Part shown: positions 57,000-64,000 of the stretch, in pieces | Layout: each line of letters starts with the position of its first letter | How positions within the stretch are numbered: the stretch's first letter is position 1 | NCBI GenBank assembly: GCA_000004985.1 | Contig: GG738899.1 | DNA: 64,000 nt | DNA from: Naegleria gruberi | Taxonomy: Eukaryota | Strand: one strand, 5' to 3' | Notes under the pieces: model-generated | Seen by the model: the letters and a program-made list of their open reading frames with translations, nothing else | Told to the model about the DNA's origin: nothing | Databases searched by the model: none | Translations under genes and position numbers: made by a program

Positions 57000-57194
57000 A
57001 GATAAATGATTGAGTTTTGTGAAACAGCTCATCAACGGAAATTGGTTGTATCCAATTAATTTTCAAAAAAGAAATCCATTATCTTACTGTAATCAATTAT
57101 TACAATCTAAAATTGATTACAAGTAGCATCTGATACCAACACCATTATAACCAAACTGTTGAAACTTGACGAAACTTTTTCATCTTTAAAAAAA

Positions 57195-58496
57195 ATGAAA
57201 AGATTCATTGGTGGTTTATTTCTCGTACTAATCTTTGCCACTGTTGCCATGTGTGCCAGCAGTGATGCATTCGACACCTTGAGTGATTACATCTCTCTCG
57301 CAGACTCCCTCAGAGGAGGTGGTTCTTCAGGAGGTGGAGGTGGCAGAGGAGGTGGATCCGGTGGTGGTGGCAGAGGAGGAGGTAGCTCTGGAAGTAGAGG
57401 AGGATCCAGCAGAGGAGGAAGTAGCTCTGGAAGATCAAGCACTGGAGGTAGATCAAGTACTGGTGGTAGATCAAGAAGTACTGGAGGAAGAGTTTCTGGA
57501 CCTGGTCGTTCACCAACTGGACCTTCTAGATCAATTGGTGCAACTAAAGGTGGAAGAGTTGGAGGAAGAGTTGGTGGAAGAGTTTCTGGACCAGGTAGAT
57601 CACCAACTGGACCTGCCAGATCAAGAGTTGGAAGAGTTTCTGGACCAGGACGTGCTCCAACATCTGTTTCCATTCAAAGAAATGCCATTCAAAGTAGAAT
57701 TAATGCTGCATTTGCTGGATTGAGTAAGGTTTCTACCAATCCTGCCTTGTCAGCTGCTCTTTCTAGATATGCCTCAATGAAAGCTGCTTCCTTGAAAGCT
57801 CCTTCAGTAACTAGTGCATTATTCTCCAAGACTCCATTGGGTCCAGTGAGTACTTTCTCAAAGGTCAACCCATCCTTGCCAACCAACAAGTTCACTAAAC
57901 CTGCAACTGTTGCCAATGTTCCTATTCCACAACCTCGTCCTGCCAATTTGGCCAAACCAGCAACTCAAACTGTTGCTGCTACTACCAGTGTCAAGAATCC
58001 AATTAATCCTGCTGGTGTCCAAAGAGTTGCTCGTAGTAAGCAACTTACTGGACCACAAGTAGCTCAAAAAGCAATTAAGGAATTAGCTGCTGCTGGTGTT
58101 ACTTTATCAGCCGATCCAAAACAAAGAATTGCTCAAATTGCTGACCAAATGGCCAACCCAGGATCATTACACAAATGTGCTGGTTATGTTGCTGCTGCTG
58201 TTGAAGCTGCTACAGGAGTCTCTCTCAGCAGACCTGCCTCAGCTGAAGCTAAGGATTACGGAACTACCATGGCCAAGGCTGGAATGAAGTCAATTCCAAA
58301 TAATAGCACTCCACAAATTGGTGATGTCAGAGTGATTGGACCATCTCCAACCAATGCCAAGTACAGTATTGGTCATATGGAGACCTATACTGGACCAAAG
58401 AGTGGATGGGTTTCTGATTATGCTCAAGGAGTATCTGCTGTTGATAATCCAAAGAGTGCTTATCATGGAGCTTCTGTTTCTACCTATCGTTTCTAA
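57195..58496 (+). CDS. Secreted protein: signal peptide, Gly/Ser/Arg-rich repetitive linker, and a C-terminal CHAP-like (Cys/His amidase-peptidase, NlpC/P60-type) domain
   Basis: Signal peptide MKRFIGGLFLVLIFATVAMCASS. Low-complexity GGGSSGGGGGRGGGSGGGGRGGG...GRVSGPGRSPTGPSRS repeats, with an ~100-bp tandem DNA duplication at ~57480-57660. C-terminal domain HKCAGYVAAAVEAATGVSL...AKDYGTTMAKAGMKSIPNNSTPQIGDVRVIG...YSIGHMETYTG has Cys...His spacing and surrounding hydrophobics consistent with the CHAP fold. Confidence 0.45.
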   Translation: MKRFIGGLFLVLIFATVAMCASSDAFDTLSDYISLADSLRGGGSSGGGGGRGGGSGGGGRGGGSSGSRGGSSRGGSSSGRSSTGGRSSTGGRSRSTGGRVSGPGRSPTGPSRSIGATKGGRVGGRVGGRVSGPGRSPTGPARSRVGRVSGPGRAPTSVSIQRNAIQSRINAAFAGLSKVSTNPALSAALSRYASMKAASLKAPSVTSALFSKTPLGPVSTFSKVNPSLPTNKFTKPATVANVPIPQPRPANLAKPATQTVAATTSVKNPINPAGVQRVARSKQLTGPQVAQKAIKELAAAGVTLSADPKQRIAQIADQMANPGSLHKCAGYVAAAVEAATGVSLSRPASAEAKDYGTTMAKAGMKSIPNNSTPQIGDVRVIGPSPTNAKYSIGHMETYTGPKSGWVSDYAQGVSAVDNPKSAYHGASVSTYRF

Positions 58497-58694
58497 TTTT
58501 TATTTGATAATAAATATATTGATTTAGGTAAATAATAACTTGCTTATTCACACAATTCTTTTCAATCCAATTTGGAATATTTCAATTTCACTGGTTGCTC
58601 AAGTCATACCTCTTTTGATTCCTAATTGGAGAGTGATACGTAATATTAATATTGAAAACTTTTACAACGACATCATCAAAATAATTCAAAAAAA

Positions 58695-60386
58695 ATGTCT
58701 TCACTGCTAACAAGCAAACAAATTTCTCAACTTGTTTCTCTCCCAGGCAACAATAAATGTGCCGATTGCCAAGCACCAAATCCCCGATTTGCCGATATTA
58801 AACAATTCACACTTTCGTGTATTTCATGTGCAGGAATTAAACGAACCAAGATTGGAACACATGTTTGTCAGTTGAGAGTTGTTGGACTGGATACTTGGAA
58901 AGAAGAACACTTTAATGCAATGATTGAACAAGGAGGAAATGATGCAGTGAATCGAATTTTGGAAGCCGAATTGAAAGATCAAGATAGGAAGGAAGAAATG
59001 AAGGATATGACACGTTTTATTCGTGCAAAGTATGAAGAGATGCGATGGAAGGGATGTAAAGCATTGAATGAGGTGTTTATGAAGAGCTACTGGTGTAATT
59101 TGAAGGAATTATTGGAAAGGAATGGAGCAGTTGGTAGTATTGAAATAGTTTTGAAGAGTGTAAATTCGAATGATTGTGTGAGAGTTAAACAAGGTCAGAA
59201 AATGTATGAAATTAATTTGAGAGATTTTACAATGGAACAGATAGAGAATTCAACCGATAGCTCAATTGAATTGAGTTTAAACTCTTATCAATCAATTGAC
59301 AAACCAATCTATCAAGCAATGATTGATCAGTCAGACGAAATTTCAATATTTAGTAATGGAAGAGGATTTTTCAAACGTTCAGGGACGAGATTGTTTGATT
59401 TTAATTTAGAAAATGATTTTATTTTACAAATTATTTCTACAATTAATGGAATTTTTGTAATTGACAGGAATTTGAAAGTTTACAAATATTATTTCTTGAA
59501 AATTTGTGAAAATGAAAAGTTTACAAATGGAATTACTCTTCAAAAATGCGAGAGAGATGAAACTCCATGTGGATTGACCTATTTTAAATCATTCATTTCA
59601 AGAATTTATCCTAATTTGTATAAATTCATTGAAAATGATAATTTGTTAACAAATGAGGAAATTGGAACGCTAAATATTATATTCAACATGTTACTATATG
59701 ATAATTATGATATTAATGGCATTGATTTATTTTCATTAGCTTGTATTATTAATAATTCAACCCCAGATTTGGATTTTTTTATGGAAAAACTTGAGTTTTT
59801 AACATTTAAAGATATGAATGGAATACAAACTGTTATTGAAAAGGTTAAGAATTATATTGGTGAAAATTCTACTAGATCAGTATCATTTCTTAAATTATAT
59901 TTATTTAAATGTTTACAATTTATTTCCAATTATGGAAATGTTAATAATATCAAGATTTACTTACCATTCAATTATAGTTTGAAACCTAAATCGAAAGAAA
60001 ACTTGACATGTCTATTTAATTGTCAAAAAAGTAGTGATATTACTATAAAAATAGAAAATGAATTATTTTATTTGCATCGAACAGTATTAACAAGTAAATC
60101 TTCAGTATTTAAAATAATTTTGGACGAAAATAGTAAATTTAATGATGTGAAAAATAATATTTTGGAAATTGATTGTGAAATATTTAAAAATTCCAAAAAT
60201 GGAAATGTTCCAAATTTAATGGTTAAATGCTTTACAATACTATTTAACTATTTTTATGATTTTGAAATTGATTTATCAAAATTTAACTTTTATCTAATGT
60301 CTACATTATTAGAAATGTCTCAATTTTATCAACTCGATCAATTCCATGATAAAATCAACAATGAATTGAAATTTTTTCGATTTTGA
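58695..60386 (+). CDS. ArfGAP-domain protein with a C-terminal BTB/POZ-like domain
   Basis: ArfGAP zinc finger: NNKCADCQAPNPRFADIKQFTLSCISCAGIKRTKIGTHVCQLRVVGLDTWKEEHFNAMIEQGGNDAVNRIL...FIRAKYEEMRW. BTB-like: SDITIKIENELFYLHRTVLTSKSSVFKIIL. Intronless 563 aa. Confidence 0.7.
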   Translation: MSSLLTSKQISQLVSLPGNNKCADCQAPNPRFADIKQFTLSCISCAGIKRTKIGTHVCQLRVVGLDTWKEEHFNAMIEQGGNDAVNRILEAELKDQDRKEEMKDMTRFIRAKYEEMRWKGCKALNEVFMKSYWCNLKELLERNGAVGSIEIVLKSVNSNDCVRVKQGQKMYEINLRDFTMEQIENSTDSSIELSLNSYQSIDKPIYQAMIDQSDEISIFSNGRGFFKRSGTRLFDFNLENDFILQIISTINGIFVIDRNLKVYKYYFLKICENEKFTNGITLQKCERDETPCGLTYFKSFISRIYPNLYKFIENDNLLTNEEIGTLNIIFNMLLYDNYDINGIDLFSLACIINNSTPDLDFFMEKLEFLTFKDMNGIQTVIEKVKNYIGENSTRSVSFLKLYLFKCLQFISNYGNVNNIKIYLPFNYSLKPKSKENLTCLFNCQKSSDITIKIENELFYLHRTVLTSKSSVFKIILDENSKFNDVKNNILEIDCEIFKNSKNGNVPNLMVKCFTILFNYFYDFEIDLSKFNFYLMSTLLEMSQFYQLDQFHDKINNELKFFRF

Positions 60387-60665
60387 AAATAAATTTTGAA
60401 TTTCTAATAAAAATTAAAATCTTTCTAATTTTTATTTGTAAGTAGATTCGAATATTCTTCTTATTATTTTTGTTGGAATGTTCAGTTTGGTAAAATTAGT
60501 TTCTAATAGAAAGAAATTTCATTGGAAACAAAACTGATCTAATCATTCCACATTGTAAAAACCAACAATATTAAAATAAACTGTCAACTCCGTGCCAACT
60601 TTCCATTTTCCTTCAACAAGAAATAGGAGTTTTCTTTCCGAAACTCACCGAAACTTCAAAAAAAA

Positions 60666-61597
60666 ATGGCCAAACACCATCTCATCATTGGAACCCTTCT
60701 CCTGATAACCTTCTTGCTATTCGAAAGTAGCATCCTCGCCCAAACCTGTTCCATTACCCTCTCCGATGGTACTTCAATTGATGTTTCCAAATTGGATACC
60801 ACAAATGGCTATGTTTCGAATGATGACAAGGATCCAAACTATAAATTCTACTTGTATGTTGTTATTAGTTTAAATTAGACCAATTTGTGTGTTAAATAAT
60901 TTATCATGTTAATGATGAAATTGATGTTCCTTTCGAATATTGTGAAAAAAAAATCTTGAAAAAAATCTTTATTCGAAACTATAGTAATATTTGTGGAGGA
61001 TTGAAGAAACCATCTGATGTGTGTCTTGTTGATGGTCAAGCATTCCAATATTCAAATGATATCAATCTTTGCTATCCAATTTCAAAGCCAAATACTCCAA
61101 CCGTTACCTTGTTAAATCCAGCAGATGAAAAGGCAGGTGTCAAAGTTGTCCATCAACCTGTCTCAATGGATAGAACTTCCAGACAATTATCTTTGGAAAT
61201 TTCATGTGATGTTAATGGTCCAGCTGCTCCATCATTCAAATACATGAAAGAACAAATCAATGGTGGAATTATTGTCTACTCTTTCAGTGGTTCAACCAAG
61301 TCAATTTGTCCAGGTGTCAAACCAGATCCAAATAATCCAACCAATGACAGTGATTTACCATTGGGTCAATATGGTATTGGAGGTTTAATAATGACCTTGG
61401 CATTGGTCGCCTTGATTTTATATTTCATTATTGGATTTGCAATTTTAAAGTTCAAAATGCAAAAGACTGGAACTGAAGTTATTCCACAATTTACATTCTG
61501 GAAGGATTTGCCATTCCTTTTCATTGATGGTATCATGTTACCTGTTGATTTAATTAAGGGATGTATGGGAAAGAAGAATTATCAAGAAATGGCTTAG
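60666..61597 (+). CDS. Type-I membrane protein with a mannose-6-phosphate-receptor-homology (MRH)-like luminal domain (Atg27/CI-MPR-like). Two exons, intron 60854-60984 (gtatgt...ctatag, phase 2)
   Basis: Signal peptide MAKHHLIIGTLLLITFLLFESSILA. Six-Cys MRH pattern: CSITLSDGTSIDVSKL...YKFYF|NICGGL...DVCLVDG...SLEISCD...FSGSTKSICPG. TM GIGGLIMTLALVALILYFIIGFAIL. Short cytoplasmic tail. Confidence 0.5.
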
Positions 61598-61740
61598 TTT
61601 TTTTCATCATTAAAAAAGAATAAATGTAATTCTATCTAAATACTTGATTGACTGACATCTGTACTGGAGTGAGTTTTGAGAAGATAACGTTTTTACATTC
61701 TGAAATTGCAATTTTTATTGTAAACTATTTTTCAAAAAAA

Positions 61741-62373
61741 ATGAAACCACAGAAGGAAGCGATTTGGTCGCTCAAACTCGATGAAATTTTTAGTTGCTAC
61801 TCGCCACGTGATCTTCCCGATGCCATTCGTAATTATTTCGAAGAGGATTGTGATGAAATTTATTTGGAAATTGGAAATTCTTCTGCTGGATTGAAGCACA
61901 TCATGGAAAGACATGAAAATCAATTTATAATTCCAAAATTGAGGAAATTGAATGATGAGAAGGGAGGTGATGATGATGATATTGAGAGGAGTATGAGTTC
62001 TTGTTCATCATCCGAAGGTTTGGAAATTGATTTTACAAATAATATTAATGATGATCGGAATGAAAATATTGAAAATAAAGAAATGGAAAATATGAAAAAT
62101 TGTAATGAGAATGATACTGATTCAATACCATCATTGGAAAGGAATTATCAACTAGTTTCTGAATACATCTACAATATTATGAAAAGAGCAGATTATTACT
62201 ATTATGGATATAAAATTCTGCCAGGAAAGAAAATTCCAGAACGTGTAACTCTTGCCTTGCTATATCAATTGGATTTTAATAAGTTTTTGAGGGTTTCAAT
62301 GGGAACGAATGGTTTCATTGTGACTGCAGTGCCTCAAAGTATCAATAATTATGTTCACACTTCATTGTGTTGA
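61741..62373 (+). CDS. Hypothetical protein with an acidic, Asn-rich central low-complexity region
   Basis: ORF from the ATG at 61741 (MKPQKEAIWSLKLDE...). No motif recognised. The upstream part of the tracked ORF (from 61648) starts at a non-ATG codon. Confidence 0.35.
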   Translation: MKPQKEAIWSLKLDEIFSCYSPRDLPDAIRNYFEEDCDEIYLEIGNSSAGLKHIMERHENQFIIPKLRKLNDEKGGDDDDIERSMSSCSSSEGLEIDFTNNINDDRNENIENKEMENMKNCNENDTDSIPSLERNYQLVSEYIYNIMKRADYYYYGYKILPGKKIPERVTLALLYQLDFNKFLRVSMGTNGFIVTAVPQSINNYVHTSLC

Positions 62374-62562
62374 AAAAGTATTTCACAATTTCATCTTTAG
62401 AGAACTATATGAAATGCAAGACTAAGGACTCACTATTTAACCAACTAGATTTGACAAGATTATGAAATATATCATTTGTAACATTATCAATAATCAAGAT
62501 GATACAATAATTTTGAAACCATTTTCACACACTCTTCTTTGATTAGGAAATCAAAAAAAAAA

Positions 62563-64000
62563 ATGACTAGAAAACAAAGCAAAAGTCATCATCAAACTCT
62601 CAGCAACAACACCAACATACAACAACATCAAAGGCTTCTGGTTCTTCTCCTGCTTTGGAAGGAAAGGAAAAGAAGAGAAATTCGGATCCGCCTCCTCCGA
62701 ATGATCAAGTTGTTGCTCAGCAAATTGTTGTTGAACAATCATCATCGGATGAGAAAGAAAAGAAGAAGAATTTGGAAGAAGAAATTCCAGAAGTTGTCTA
62801 TCAAGATGGAGAACAGGATGCTCTTGATCGATCACAGGAAATTGAAGTTTTACAATCAATTTATGGAGAAGATTTTGCTATGATTGATGCAGAACAATGT
62901 TTTGAAATTACAATTAGAGGAAAATTAAATTTTGAATTACCAAGTGATTCGGATATTGCTAATAATCACTTTTCAATTTCGGAAATTCCTTTCAAATTGA
63001 GTCATGTTGGTTTGAAGCTTTGGGTCAAGTATGTGAATGGTTATCCATCTCAAACTCTTCCCAAGTTTAAATGTATTCCCTTGATAGATTTGAATAGAAT
63101 TATGAGTTTGGTAAGAAGTGCTTCTCAAGTTCATGCTCAATTGTCTTTGAAAAGTCAAATGCAAGAGGAGGAAATTGAAAGCATTTATGCAAAAATTAGA
63201 GCCAAATCAAGTGAATTATTAGGATATGCGATGGTGTATTCTTTCATTCAGGAAATTGAGGAATATTTGGAGAGTAATAATGTATCTGTCTCTCTTGCTG
63301 AGGAACAATTCCAATTCCAACAGAAGGAAAAGAAGATTATCAAAACATCTGTCGTATTGACAATGATTGGAGATGCTGCTCTCACATCAGACAATGTTCT
63401 CAACGTGGAAACAAGTGCCAAGTACAAAAACAAGGAGAATCACGAGGAGGAAGATAGGAAGAAGAAAGGCTGCACTAAAAATAATGCCGTATGGGAAAAT
63501 ATTCAATACTTTAAGGCAAAGAATAGAATTTCCATCGAGAGTTATGTCAAGGTTGAGGCCTCGTATAGCAAGAATAGCATTAGTTCAAACTTTTGGCTAA
63601 ATAGATATGGCCATGCTGTGGCTAGTAACGGTAATCACTTGTGGTTTAGTTTTGGTGGTATTCATGAAGGAAGGGTGACTGCTGATTTGATTTCGTTCAA
63701 TGATTCAGGAATAGCCAAACCTGCCCTTCTTAAGGAAACCATTAATCCAAGAATTTTCCACACATTCACCTACATTGTTACTGCAGAAATATTTGTTATC
63801 TTGGGGGGCATGTCTGAGAATCGTGACTATTATTCGGATGCATATCTCATTGACTGCCAATTCAATCATCCTAACGTACAAAGATTGCCCGTATTTCCAT
63901 CCAAGATTGCTGGACATTCAGCAACCAATTTTGAAGACAAGCTCTACGTGTTTGGCGGATTTTCTGGAGATACTTATTCTAACCACCTGTACAGTTTAAC
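62563..64000 (+). CDS. RWD-domain protein with C-terminal Kelch-type beta-propeller repeats. 3'-partial (runs off the window); the 5' end is uncertain
   Basis: A stop-free frame from ~62572 to 64000 encodes ...EKEKKKNLEEEIPEVVYQDGEQDALDRSQEIEVLQSIYGEDFAMIDAEQCFEITIRGKLNFELPSDSDI...LWVKYVNGYPSQTLPKF (RWD fold). Later it encodes YGHAVASNGNHLWFSFGG, IFVILGG and GHSATNFEDKLYVFGGFSGD (Kelch blades). It is absent from the ORF track, presumably because the frame contains no stop codon before the window end. The only upstream ATG (62563) is in a different frame. Confidence 0.5.

Noticed and set aside
57283-57955. Overlapping plus-strand and antisense ORFs (proline-rich and acidic peptides) inside the Gly/Arg-rich gene
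   Set aside because: Alternative-frame readings of GC-richer repetitive coding DNA. The frame carrying the signal peptide and the CHAP-like domain is the coherent one.
62539-62883. 114-aa basic leucine-rich ORF (MIRKSKKKMTRKQ...)
   Set aside because: It is an out-of-frame reading over the genuine RWD-domain coding frame.

Overview
Left chromosome end of an AT-rich eukaryote (~30% GC) that uses the standard genetic code and has short GT-AG introns (37-131 bp, donors mostly gtaagt/gtatgt). The window opens with a (CCCAAA)n telomere tract (G-strand TTTGGG). Three N-gaps follow, together with a second telomere-repeat block.

Positions 1-15.5 kb are subtelomeric and repeat-rich:
- a Crypton-like tyrosine-recombinase gene immediately beside the telomere blocks;
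- a ~450-bp tandem satellite;
- two pairs of segmental repeats (~0.75 kb and ~2-2.4 kb);
- two copies of a ~150-bp 'junction element', each abutting a short interstitial telomere tract.

From 15.5 kb to the end the window is gene-dense (~25 protein genes and one tRNA-Met). It mixes ordinary eukaryotic genes with several bacterial-type architectures that look horizontally acquired:
- ordinary: F-box/LRR, ABI-like, GRF zinc-finger, metallophosphoesterase, enoyl-CoA hydratase, RGS-START, strictosidine-synthase-like, ABCG-like, BAR-SH3-SH3, dihydroxyacetone kinase, ArfGAP-BTB, MRH-domain receptor, RWD-Kelch;
- bacterial-type: a NIT-sensor/TM/class-III nucleotidyl cyclase receptor, two NHL-repeat/EGF/TM/protein-kinase receptors, a secreted DsbA-like oxidoreductase, and a secreted Gly/Arg-rich protein with a CHAP-like amidase domain.

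The most striking object is an intact 4.8-kb DNA transposon (52183-56999). It has a 15-bp perfect terminal inverted repeat (CACGGGTGGCTAACT) and is flanked by a perfect 8-bp target-site duplication (AGATAAAT). Its single intronless 1223-aa ORF fuses a P-element/THAP9-like transposase core to a DEDDh 3'-5' exonuclease domain and a CXC/B-box-like cysteine-rich tail. The element sits one codon upstream of the original stop codon of the dihydroxyacetone-kinase gene and gives that gene a 30-codon TIR-encoded C-terminal extension.

The six-frame ORFs that run through the telomere repeats and the N-gaps are artefacts.
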